The position numbers and the translations under genes were made by a program. Below are positions 8,383 to 17,387 of a stretch of DNA of 64,000 bases, in pieces. The stretch is taken from the IMG/VR virus record IMGVR_UViG_3300032334_000315, positions 64,001 to 128,000 of that record, one strand, 5' to 3'. Within the stretch, counting starts at the first letter, position 1, and each line of letters begins with the position of its first letter. This DNA comes from a virus. Under the pieces are notes generated by a model. It did not search any database, was not told the DNA's origin, and saw only the letters and a program-made list of their open reading frames with translations.

Positions 8383-10955
8383 TATCCAAACACCGTATCC
8401 AATGAGCTAGTCGTAGTGTTATAATATGTATAGGCCACACTTGTGCCACTTGTTGTGTTAGAAGCATATCCCACACGTCCAGCAGTATATATGTTGCCAG
8501 TAACACCAACACCGCCAGTCACTTTGAATGCACCGGTCAGATTAGATGTTGATGCTGTTGTATCTGTAACAGTAGTGGCACCAGAAATTGTTCCGCCAGT
8601 GAATGAACCACCACCACCTGTTGCGGTAAATGTTATAGTATCAGTCGTTGGATTAGCAGCGATAGTGATGCCTGACCCAGCAACAAGAGTAAGTCTATCG
8701 GTTGTTGAATCAGCAGAAACTACGTTTGCACCTACAAGAATTCCTGAGAATCCGTTAGCAGCAGAACCACCACCGCCTGCTACAGGAGACCAATAGATGC
8801 CTGTACCTGATGTGCGGAGATAATAACCAGCCGTACCAGCAACACCGTTAGCCGTTAGAGTGCCAGTGATTACTGGATTATTTTTAGTTAGATATAGCGT
8901 TGATGCGTTTGCAACCTGCAATCTATCACTGATAAGAGTTCTAAGCGCAGTGTTAGTGCCAGTAAGATTGGTGTTAATTAGATTGATGCGCAGGTTCGTG
9001 TTTGCGAGCGCAGCACGTTCAATTGCTTTTGTTTGGTAAACAGACGCAGCGTTAGCTACTTGAAGCCTATCGGATACCAATGTGCGAATAGCAGTGTTAG
9101 TACCAGTTAAACCAACCCAAGATGCTTTAGCTAATAATAACGTATTGACGTTTGCAACTTGGTATCTGTCACTGATAAGTGTACGGAGTGCAGTGTTAGT
9201 GCCCGTCAATCCTGCCCATGTAGCTTTTGCATTTAGTAGCGTATTGACGTTTGCAACCTGATACCTATCATTAATCAATAGACGAAGAGCAGTGTTAGTA
9301 CTAGTTAAATTGGTATTGATTAGGTTGATACGACTTGCTTGTGTGCCAATATAAGAATTTGTATTTGCGAGCGCAGCACGTTCAACTGCTTTTGTTTGAT
9401 AAATTAATGCAGCATTCGCTACCTGAAGTCTATCACTAATAAGTAAACGAAGCGCAGTATTGGTACCAGTTACCGACGCCCATGAAGCTTTGGTTGCAAT
9501 GTATGAATTGGTATTTGCAAGGTACACTTTTGTGTTAGCAACAGATATTTTAGTTGCAATAAGACTGGCCGTTGACGTAGCAAAGTTAGGGTCATTTGCT
9601 AAAGCAGCAGCAAGTTCATATAGTGTGTTTAGTGTGCCGGGCGCTGAATTGACAACAGCCGCAACAGATGTGTCCACATAATTACGAATGGCCGTATTTG
9701 TGCTTGTTAATGCAGACCATGATGCTTTTGTAGCAATATAAGAATTTGTATTTGCTAATGCTGCTCGTTCTACGGCTTTCGTTTGATAAGTTGCTACCGC
9801 ATTTGCAACCTGTAGTCTGTCACTGATAAGTGTTCTCAGTGCAGTGTTAGTTCCTGTAACGCTAGTCCAAGTGGCCTTAGCTGCTAACAATGTGTTGACA
9901 TTGGCTACTTGATATCTATCAGATACTAGAGTACGGATAGCTGTGTTAGTTCCAGTAAGCGCAGACCAAGATGCTTTAGTAGCAATGTAAGAATTGGTAT
10001 TAGCGAGTGCAGCACGTTCAACAGATTTGGTTTGATACGTTGCAACTGCGTTTGCTACTTGTAAATACTGAGTAGTAGAGCCTCCGCCACCAGTTAGAAG
10101 ATTAGTACCTACACCACCAGCCGCAGCAGTTAAATCAATATATACACCACGAGCAGATCCACCTTGTTCAAAAATTCTTAGTTTGTTTTGATATGCGTCA
10201 ATAGTTATGCCACCACTAGTTGTTGCATTTGGTGGTTTTGCTAGATTTATTTGGCCGCCTTCATCACCACTAGCGAGAGTTGAAGTCAATTCGGAACCAC
10301 TAACAATTCCAGTTGCTGTTATTGTGCCTGTAATTGACGGATTAGATAATGGTGCATATGTAGCAGCAGCATTGGCAACTTGTAGGCGATTATTGATTAA
10401 TGTACGAAGTGCGGTATTAGTTCCAGTTAAATTGGTATTGATTAGGTTGATACGAAGATTTGTATTGGCGAGTGCTGCTCTTTCTACTGCTTTTGTTTGA
10501 TAAATCGCTGATGCGTTCGCTACCTGAAGTCTATCGCTAATAAGTGTACGAAGTGATGTGTTAGTACCAGTAAGCGCAGACCAAGATGCTTTTGTTGCAC
10601 CAATAGCAGTAGCATTAGCAACTTGCATTCTGTCAGATATCAAAGATCTTAATGCGGTGTTAGTACCAGTGAGATTGGTATTGATTAGATTAACACGAAG
10701 ATTGGTATTTGCCAGCTGAGACTTGATAAACGAATTCGTATTTGCAAGATATGCTTTGGTATTAGCAACTTGCATACGGTCACTGATAAGTGTACGAATA
10801 GCAGTGTTGGTTGATGTAAGCGCAGACCATGATGCACCACCAGAAACTGGTGTTGACCAATATGCCGTATTGCTAGTCGTATTGGCCGTCAGCACCTGAC
10901 CATTTGTTGATCCTGTGACAGTTATTTGTTGTGGTAATATTTTTTGTACAGCCAT
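8382..10955 (-). CDS. long fibre protein with tandem ANTN coiled-coil-like repeats
   Basis: Many copies of LTGTNTALRTLISDRLQVANA and YQTKAVERAALANTN; APGTLNTLYELAAALANDPNFA fibre motif. Confidence 0.75.
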   Translation of the reverse strand: MAVQKILPQQITVTGSTNGQVLTANTTSNTAYWSTPVSGGASWSALTSTNTAIRTLISDRMQVANTKAYLANTNSFIKSQLANTNLRVNLINTNLTGTNTALRSLISDRMQVANATAIGATKASWSALTGTNTSLRTLISDRLQVANASAIYQTKAVERAALANTNLRINLINTNLTGTNTALRTLINNRLQVANAAATYAPLSNPSITGTITATGIVSGSELTSTLASGDEGGQINLAKPPNATTSGGITIDAYQNKLRIFEQGGSARGVYIDLTAAAGGVGTNLLTGGGGSTTQYLQVANAVATYQTKSVERAALANTNSYIATKASWSALTGTNTAIRTLVSDRYQVANVNTLLAAKATWTSVTGTNTALRTLISDRLQVANAVATYQTKAVERAALANTNSYIATKASWSALTSTNTAIRNYVDTSVAAVVNSAPGTLNTLYELAAALANDPNFATSTASLIATKISVANTKVYLANTNSYIATKASWASVTGTNTALRLLISDRLQVANAALIYQTKAVERAALANTNSYIGTQASRINLINTNLTSTNTALRLLINDRYQVANVNTLLNAKATWAGLTGTNTALRTLISDRYQVANVNTLLLAKASWVGLTGTNTAIRTLVSDRLQVANAASVYQTKAIERAALANTNLRINLINTNLTGTNTALRTLISDRLQVANASTLYLTKNNPVITGTLTANGVAGTAGYYLRTSGTGIYWSPVAGGGGSAANGFSGILVGANVVSADSTTDRLTLVAGSGITIAANPTTDTITFTATGGGGSFTGGTISGATTVTDTTASTSNLTGAFKVTGGVGVTGNIYTAGRVGYASNTTSGTSVAYTYYNTTTSSLDTVFG
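8890..10835 (-). repeat. degenerate coding repeats (TNTALRTLISDRLQVANA / ERAALANTN units)
   Basis: More than 10 imperfect copies visible in both protein and DNA. Confidence 0.85.
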
Positions 10956-10962
10956 CTACACC

Positions 10963-10970
10963 TATTTATT
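10963..10970 (-). promoter_or_regulatory. late promoter variant AATAAATA
   Basis: TATTTATT just upstream of the ATG at 10955. Confidence 0.5.
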
Positions 10971-11887
10971 CAAAAAGTTATTGACCAAGTACCCGATAAG
11001 CTCCACTTGTATGTTCTATATCCACCCGCAACAGTAATAGTCGGTGATCCTGTTGTTGTTACAGCAGCAGGATATGTGTCTGGATAACGAATGATAACAT
11101 TTCCAAATGTTCCAGCTTGACCACCATATCCACTAGCTCCACCAGCTCCGCCGTGTCCTGGTATTGTTGTAGTTGGCGAAAGATCCGTAGTGGCAGTTCC
11201 AGCTAATCCGCCGCTACAGTATGTGACACTTGATCCAGAAATAGTACTTACAATTCCAGCGCCAGCCAAGAAGTTTCCTGGGCCCCCAGCACCTCCACCA
11301 GCTCTAGGAGTATTAAGACTACCAGTTATTAGTGTTCCGCCACCTGCGCCACCATCATATCCCTGTCTCGGAGCATTTAAATAAGTTGATCCTGGATAAA
11401 CACCTCTTCCTGGACCCGCAGCGATACTATTTGATCCGTTCCACCAGAATGCAGCCGCTGAACCACCGCCAGAACCTCCACTTAAACCAGAAACGCCGCT
11501 ACTCTGTGTATATGCACCACCTCCCCCTCCTCCTTTGCAAGTTATTGATAAGGATGTTCCAGTAAGAGAGCTATCTGCGCCACTGTTTCCGCGGCCAAAT
11601 GTGCTTGTGCTGACACCACCATAACCAACTACAATCGCATATGTTAATCCCGACATAGATCCCGTAATAGATTGTGTGCCGATTAATAATCCACCAGCGC
11701 CACCTCCAGCACCTTTGCCACCATACGCGCCTCCGTCACCACCTCCACCAGAACCACCTCCAGCAGCAACAAGATACTCTAAAGCTATTGTGCTTATCGT
11801 TTGCAGATTTGCTCTTTTTGAAGATATTTTTTTTAAACTAATTTTTCGCAAAGACGCAAAACTTTTTGATAATATCTTAATACTCAT
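10970..11887 (-). CDS. glycine-rich fibre-tip protein
   Basis: EYLVAAGGGSGG...GNVIIRYPDTY...TVAGGYRTYKW. Confidence 0.7.
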   Translation of the reverse strand: MSIKILSKSFASLRKISLKKISSKRANLQTISTIALEYLVAAGGGSGGGGDGGAYGGKGAGGGAGGLLIGTQSITGSMSGLTYAIVVGYGGVSTSTFGRGNSGADSSLTGTSLSITCKGGGGGGAYTQSSGVSGLSGGSGGGSAAAFWWNGSNSIAAGPGRGVYPGSTYLNAPRQGYDGGAGGGTLITGSLNTPRAGGGAGGPGNFLAGAGIVSTISGSSVTYCSGGLAGTATTDLSPTTTIPGHGGAGGASGYGGQAGTFGNVIIRYPDTYPAAVTTTGSPTITVAGGYRTYKWSLSGTWSITF

Positions 11888-12216
11888 TAAGTTATCTCGG
11901 TACCAAATGCTAAAAACGACATGGTTGCCGAACTGGAATAAACAGTAATTACATCGGTTGTGCCTAATGTTATTCCAAGAGTTAAATATATGGAATCATT
12001 TGCCGGCAAAGCAGCATCATAAGCAATATATTGTGTCGCAGCTAATGCAGCTCCAGCTGGTCTAATTGCTACCCTATAAGTGCCAGAACTAGCAGCCTGG
12101 TTGCAAATAACAATGGTAGATATGATTGCGCTTGTTGCGCTAGGTACTGTGTACAAAGTTGTTGCTGTCGTAGCTGATGGATTTACGTTTCCTAAAACTT
12201 TATATGCTGACGCCAT
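11887..12216 (-). CDS. small fibre adaptor-like protein
   Basis: MASAYKVLG...TLYTVPSAT...FLAFGTEIT, a small beta protein between fibre genes. Confidence 0.6.
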   Translation of the reverse strand: MASAYKVLGNVNPSATTATTLYTVPSATSAIISTIVICNQAASSGTYRVAIRPAGAALAATQYIAYDAALPANDSIYLTLGITLGTTDVITVYSSSATMSFLAFGTEIT

Positions 12217-12219
12217 TTT

Positions 12220-12864
12220 TCACATTCCTCCTAATAATAACCAACCTATATATGGATCACCTGCTGGTCCTGCTGGCCCAGTTGCACCAGTCGCTCCATT
12301 TGTTCCTGCCGCACCAGTTAATCCAGCAACAACAACACCTTCCATACTTCTCGCTTCAATAACAGCAGTGTTGTATGGCGCAGATGTAAATGCTAATGTG
12401 GTTCCTGAAATGGTATAGTGTGTTGTTGGTATTTGCAAAATTCCATTTATCGTAACGATAACATTTTTCTGCTGAACCACCGATGTGCTGAGAGTGAAAT
12501 TTGTTTGTGATCCATTACCAGTAAAAGTTTGAGATGTTGCATCTACAGCCGCGCCTGCCGCCCCACCAGCAGCTGGACTCCAATAGATTCCTGAGCCAGA
12601 TGCGCGTAGATAATAACCAGCCGTACCAACAGATCCATTAGCTGTTAGTGTGCCAGTTATTACGGGATTATTTTTTGTGAGATATGTAGAAGCTGCGTTG
12701 GCTACTTCAAGATACGGAGCTACGAAATCAAAGACAACCGTGCCGTTGGAAGAATATATCTTCTTGTCTTTGGTATTGATAGCAAGTTCACCAGTAGCAA
12801 TATCTGAGGTTGTCGGCACTTTCCCGGCAACGCTACTGCGTTTTATTTTAATCTGTGAAGCCAC
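12220..12864 (-). CDS. fibre connector protein with gp37-like N-terminus (probable GTG start)
   Basis: AGGAG 6 nt upstream of GTG 12864; IKIKRSS...GELAINTKDKKIY; FTGNGSQTNFTLS domain; short collagen tail. Confidence 0.7.
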   Translation of the reverse strand: MASQIKIKRSSVAGKVPTTSDIATGELAINTKDKKIYSSNGTVVFDFVAPYLEVANAASTYLTKNNPVITGTLTANGSVGTAGYYLRASGSGIYWSPAAGGAAGAAVDATSQTFTGNGSQTNFTLSTSVVQQKNVIVTINGILQIPTTHYTISGTTLAFTSAPYNTAVIEARSMEGVVVAGLTGAAGTNGATGATGPAGPAGDPYIGWLLLGGM

Positions 12865-12883
12865 ACCCAACTCCTAGAGAGGA

Positions 12884-12913
12884 AGGCCAAGGGAAACACT
12901 TGTCCCTTGGCCT
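12884..12913 (-). promoter_or_regulatory. perfect 11-bp GC-rich stem-loop (attenuator or stability element)
   Basis: AGGCCAAGGGA-N8-TCCCTTGGCCT; no long U tract follows. Confidence 0.6.
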
Positions 12914-12929
12914 GAGTGATTATATTTAG

Positions 12930-14516
12930 TTAGTAAGTTCCGCCGTCTATGATTGCGTCAAGCTGAGCAAGACCGTAACCAGCGCCAGAGATGTTAACAG
13001 TAGATGTTGGTTCTACAGATAGGCCTGTATATACCTTGAACACGCCATCTGTAGCATCTCTGAAGAGACCAGCATACTTAGTGCCGCTTGATGTGTACAT
13101 GCCGTAGAAACCGGTGTCAACTGCGTCTGTTGAGTTATTAGCAGCCAACTTAATCATTGAGTCATCGACGTTTAGTGTCGATGATGAGATATAAGTAACT
13201 GCACCTTCAACTGTCAAGTCACCATCAATGATTGCAGAACCAGTAATACGAGTATTACCAGAAACAGCAAGATTGGTGCTGATTGTCATACGGCCTGTAT
13301 GAGCTAACAGACCAGATGTAGTTGGATTAGACTTAGTTGCATATGTCGCAACAGCATTCGCTACCTCAAGGTAGATATTCTGTCTTGGCATCGCATCCCA
13401 GTAAGCATTTGTACCGTTCGTGCGAAGAAGATAACCAGCTGATCCAAGCGAGTTATTAGCCTTAAGACCAGTGACGCTGGTGTTTCCAGAAACCTCAAGG
13501 TTTGTGCTGATAGTAGCACGTCCTGTATGCGCTAGAATTCCAGATGTTGTTGGATTAGAAGAACTAGCCTTTGTTGCAATATACGAGTTGGTGTTAGCCA
13601 ATACCGTATTGAATGTGGTTGTGCTTACCTTAGTGCCAATATAGCTGTTGGTATTAGCAAGAGCCGAATTGAAGGTAGTTGAATTGACCTTAGTTGCAAT
13701 GTAGGTATTGGTATTAGCAAGATCAAGTCTAGCCTGGCTCTTTGTCTGATACGTCACAGCCGCATTAGACATCTGAAGTCTGTCAGCAATCAATAAACGA
13801 AGCGCAGTGTTTGTGCCTGTTAGATTTGTATTAACAAGCGTGATACGCTGACCTTGCGTAGAAATATATGCATTAGTATTTGCGAGGTCGGTATTGTGTG
13901 TGGTTGTGTTAAGCTTAGTCGCAATATAGCTGTTGGTATTCGCAAGATGCTGACGCTCAACTAACGCATTCGCTGCAATATACGAATTGGTATTCGCAAG
14001 GTCAGTGTTATGTGTAGTTGTGCTTACTTTTGTGCCAATGTAGGTATTGGTATTAGCAAGTGCAGAGTTGAAAGTGGTACTGCTTACTTTAGTTGCAATG
14101 TAGCTGTTTGTGTTAGCAAGGGCCAGCTTGAAGGTAGTGTTACTTACCTTAGTTGCGATGTAGGCATTTGTGTTAGCAAGCTGTGACTTGATGTATGAGT
14201 TGGTATTAGCAAGCGCACTATTGAAGGTCGTAGAATTGACCTTAGTTGCGATGTACGAATTGGTATTCGCAAGAGCAGACTGGAATGTTGCATTGGAAGC
14301 TGCATAAGCTTTCGTAGCAAACTTAGCGTTAGCATTAGCTACCGTAATATATGCGCCAATGTTGAACGAAGCAGAACCACCGATTTCGAATACAGCAGAA
14401 CCATTCGATGTATAGATTTTCTTATCTACTAAGTTAACCGCTAGTTCGCCTGCATATAGACTACCTGGCGCTGAACCAGGCGTACTACTGCGTTTGATTT
14501 TGATAATTGAAGCCAT
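12930..14516 (-). CDS. fibre protein with gp37-like N-terminus, ANTN repeats and IDGGTY C-terminus
   Basis: MASIIKIKRSS...GELAVNLVDKKIY; repeated FNSALANTNSYIATKV; GDLTVEG...LNVDDSMIKLA. Confidence 0.75.
   Translation of the reverse strand: MASIIKIKRSSTPGSAPGSLYAGELAVNLVDKKIYTSNGSAVFEIGGSASFNIGAYITVANANAKFATKAYAASNATFQSALANTNSYIATKVNSTTFNSALANTNSYIKSQLANTNAYIATKVSNTTFKLALANTNSYIATKVSSTTFNSALANTNTYIGTKVSTTTHNTDLANTNSYIAANALVERQHLANTNSYIATKLNTTTHNTDLANTNAYISTQGQRITLVNTNLTGTNTALRLLIADRLQMSNAAVTYQTKSQARLDLANTNTYIATKVNSTTFNSALANTNSYIGTKVSTTTFNTVLANTNSYIATKASSSNPTTSGILAHTGRATISTNLEVSGNTSVTGLKANNSLGSAGYLLRTNGTNAYWDAMPRQNIYLEVANAVATYATKSNPTTSGLLAHTGRMTISTNLAVSGNTRITGSAIIDGDLTVEGAVTYISSSTLNVDDSMIKLAANNSTDAVDTGFYGMYTSSGTKYAGLFRDATDGVFKVYTGLSVEPTSTVNISGAGYGLAQLDAIIDGGTY
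13565..14300 (-). repeat. ~60-bp (20-aa) coding repeats ALANTNSYIATKVxSTTFNS
   Basis: About 10 imperfect tandem copies. Confidence 0.85.
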
Positions 14517-14519
14517 TTC

Positions 14520-15212
14520 TTAATTCCTTTTTAGCTTTGAACCTTTTGATAAGCCGGTTCTGACTGGGGTTACAACGACGGGTTCCTCTTTAGGCTCTAA
14601 TATAGTTGTCTTTCGAACTCTGTCTGAAACGACACCAGTTGGTCTGGCACTTTTTCTAACCGGAGCTTTAACATTCTCAAGAATTTTATCTATAAGATCA
14701 TTATTGTGTTTGACACTTTTTGAGTTTTCAGCATGTATGATGCCTTTACGCCTATTTTTTTCAGCTTTTGCTAAATTATTGGCCATCAAATCAAAACCAG
14801 AACTAACTGTTGTGGTTTGCTCTGCGAGTACATCGCGCACCAAACCCTTACGTTTCTTGTTCTTTCTCGGATCATGCTCACCTTTAATGTCAAATCCAGT
14901 AACAATTTTTGCAGTCTTAGCCTTAGTACCCGTTGACCCTTTCTTATTGCTCAGAGTAGGACGTGGGCTTAGCATCATCAATTCATCTTTATATTGTCTA
15001 TTTATATCTTTGAGATTTTCAATCTCTGCTTCGTAGTCTTCCTTTAGGAACGCCACTTCATCCGCATGTTTGGTGTCTATCTTACTCATCTCATTTTCTA
15101 GATAAGCAACCTTGGTCTCAAGCATGACGATTGATGACATGAGATTGCTGATTTTATTCTGCTGTTGCTCAATATAAAGATTGAGTGTTTCCGATTCTTT
15201 ATCTGTTTCCAT
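14520..15212 (-). CDS. hypothetical protein: N-terminal coiled coil, basic C-terminal region
   Basis: 230 aa; acidic heptad region followed by a K/R-rich tail. Confidence 0.6.
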   Translation of the reverse strand: METDKESETLNLYIEQQQNKISNLMSSIVMLETKVAYLENEMSKIDTKHADEVAFLKEDYEAEIENLKDINRQYKDELMMLSPRPTLSNKKGSTGTKAKTAKIVTGFDIKGEHDPRKNKKRKGLVRDVLAEQTTTVSSGFDLMANNLAKAEKNRRKGIIHAENSKSVKHNNDLIDKILENVKAPVRKSARPTGVVSDRVRKTTILEPKEEPVVVTPVRTGLSKGSKLKRN

Positions 15213-15221
15213 GGCGCGCCT

Positions 15222-16208
15222 TTAAAAAGAACCTCCGTCTAGGTCGGTAAAAGCTGGTGTTCCGTTAGATGTTATTTGCATTACAGATCCGCTGCTACCG
15301 GTTATGAATCCTATCACAGAACTATTGGCTCCAAACATCACACCATTCTTAGTGAATGAAGATAGGCCTGTGCCACCATACTTTGTTCCTAATACAGTCT
15401 GCAAGACTAACTCTGATATGCTTGTCTTACCCGTGGTACTGGAAGACGTAACGATTGTCTGCGTCAGGTTGTTAGCTTGTGTGACTTGGAAAACACCAGC
15501 ACCTGAAACGCCAAGCGATACTCTACCAATATATATCGTATTTGAAGCCACATATAGGCTTTTGAAACGTCTTCCAGGAGAACCTAACGAATAAGTATTG
15601 TTAGCAGCTGGAATTATATCGCGAACTGATATGGTTGTCGCTACGGTATTTGATATTTTTGTTGCCAGCGCATTGTTTACGTTTGCAGCAAAATTGGCAT
15701 TGTTGCCCATTGCCATCGCGATTTCGCGAAGCGTATTTAATACCTCAGGAGCTGAGTTAACCAGCTGTGAAATTTGATTAGCCACATACAGACGAAGTGC
15801 GGTATTGTTGGCTGTAAATGTTAGTGTCTTATTACCACTAGACGTATTGCTAGTGGTAATCTTAATGCCTTGACCACCAATAATTTTAATCGTGTCTTCG
15901 CCTACGGCCACGAGAGCCGCTTGTCCCGGCACATTCCATGTTTTGAACGAACTGCCTAGACTGACCTTGACTGTATTATTACCCCAACTTGCAACAGAAA
16001 ATCCAGTGTCTTTATCAAAACGGATTGCTGATATACCAGAGAACGAATTGGTAATTGTGTTGGCGGTATTGATTTCACTGACAACGATACCGGTTACGAC
16101 ATTAGCAACCTTCTGGTCAACATATCTCTTAGTAGTCGCGTCCGTATTAGCGGTAGGCGTATCTAAGTTTCTGAATACTGTTGGTGTTGGAAACGAAAGT
16201 ACAGCCAT
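15222..16208 (-). CDS. fibre protein with LDGGSF C-terminus
   Basis: PTANTDATTKRYVD, APEVLNTLREIA, IIPAANNTYSLGSPGRRFKSLY and LGTKYGGTGLSS fibre motifs. Confidence 0.72.
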   Translation of the reverse strand: MAVLSFPTPTVFRNLDTPTANTDATTKRYVDQKVANVVTGIVVSEINTANTITNSFSGISAIRFDKDTGFSVASWGNNTVKVSLGSSFKTWNVPGQAALVAVGEDTIKIIGGQGIKITTSNTSSGNKTLTFTANNTALRLYVANQISQLVNSAPEVLNTLREIAMAMGNNANFAANVNNALATKISNTVATTISVRDIIPAANNTYSLGSPGRRFKSLYVASNTIYIGRVSLGVSGAGVFQVTQANNLTQTIVTSSSTTGKTSISELVLQTVLGTKYGGTGLSSFTKNGVMFGANSSVIGFITGSSGSVMQITSNGTPAFTDLDGGSF

Positions 16209-16211
16209 TTC

Positions 16212-17387
16212 TTATGTTACCACATATATTGTTGTTGCAGCGGAGAAGTTCGTGAAGCCATAAACATTATATGTATAACCAGAGATTGACTGGTTTGTGT
16301 AAGAAACAGTTGGCGTAAGCACAACGTCGCTTCCCAAGAAGATATATTTAAAAGTTCTAGCGGCAGAGGTTGGTGTTGCGATCCATGTATAATCAGCAGG
16401 AGTAGCAGTTGTCATTACAGTTTGACCTACAGCAAATGCTGAATTATTATGACTATCACTTGTTGAGATAGATGGGTTTGAACCCGATTGTGTGATTTTC
16501 CAGAACAGTGGATAGTACACGCTCGCTGGGCCGCGCGTGACTGTTCTATTAGCAGATGTTGCGGTACCAGCACCATTGAGACCAGTTCCGCTATAGTCTT
16601 GAGTGGATAGCGTATAGCTCAACGTGCTGTCTATTGCTGCGCTGGAACCAGCTGTTGAACCGCTAGTGGTTAGCGTTGCCGTGCCTCCTCCAGTATATGA
16701 TGTGGTACCAGCAACGCTTGAACCTGTGACAGCCAAAGACCAGTTGAATGCTTGACTTGTAAGCCAAAACTTAACTGGATTTGTTGCCCAATTTGCTGTG
16801 ATAGATGATACATTGAAAACAGTAGGTGCAGTGCCGGATAGAGTTGTGCCAGATCCAGTTCTTACCGAACGATTCGTCGTCAAGCTATATGTTATGGCCG
16901 TTGAGCTTCTTATCTGAATTGCGGATGAAAAATGTGTAGACGATAGTGTGTATGTTCCGCCTGTTCCAGAAAGACCAAGAGTGTTTCTTAGGAATGTTCC
17001 GCTTAGATTCGTAACACCAGCGATGTTGATATAGTCGCCGTCCTGTATATTAAACGTAGAATTTGTCAAACTAATAGTAAATACGATATTCTGTGTGTTC
17101 ACTGTACCATTAGCATAGTCGGTATATTGATTCTTGGTAGAACCGCCAGATGCCCATGTGTTTGTGAAAGAAGATGCTTCTGCGCCTAGCTTTTGAATCG
17201 TGAATACACCACCAGGAAACTGATTGTTTGCAGTCAACACAACAGACAACGAATCACCGGCAGTGATATTAGTCACTGTGCTGGTTATAAACGTGTTCCC
17301 AAGCGTGTTTACTTTACCAATGACCTCATTGATCTTGGTTCTCACATCTTTGAATTTTATGGAAGAGTTTGCAGTTGTGATGGCCAT
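16212..17387 (-). CDS. Ser/Thr-rich putative virion structural protein
   Basis: 391 aa beta-rich; N-terminal FKDVRTKINEVI resembles fibre attachment helices. Confidence 0.6.
   Translation of the reverse strand: MAITTANSSIKFKDVRTKINEVIGKVNTLGNTFITSTVTNITAGDSLSVVLTANNQFPGGVFTIQKLGAEASSFTNTWASGGSTKNQYTDYANGTVNTQNIVFTISLTNSTFNIQDGDYINIAGVTNLSGTFLRNTLGLSGTGGTYTLSSTHFSSAIQIRSSTAITYSLTTNRSVRTGSGTTLSGTAPTVFNVSSITANWATNPVKFWLTSQAFNWSLAVTGSSVAGTTSYTGGGTATLTTSGSTAGSSAAIDSTLSYTLSTQDYSGTGLNGAGTATSANRTVTRGPASVYYPLFWKITQSGSNPSISTSDSHNNSAFAVGQTVMTTATPADYTWIATPTSAARTFKYIFLGSDVVLTPTVSYTNQSISGYTYNVYGFTNFSAATTIYVVT

Noticed and set aside
3421-12877. Numerous Pro-rich plus-strand ORFs (e.g. 5471..5821, 6683..7204)
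   Set aside because: They are antisense shadows of Gly-rich minus-strand genes (GGN codons read as Pro) and have no SD or promoter.
8890-14300. Tandem repeats as a CRISPR array or DGR template/variable repeats
   Set aside because: The repeats are in-frame, degenerate at synonymous positions, and lack unique spacers or adenine-specific variation. No cas or reverse transcriptase gene is present in the window.
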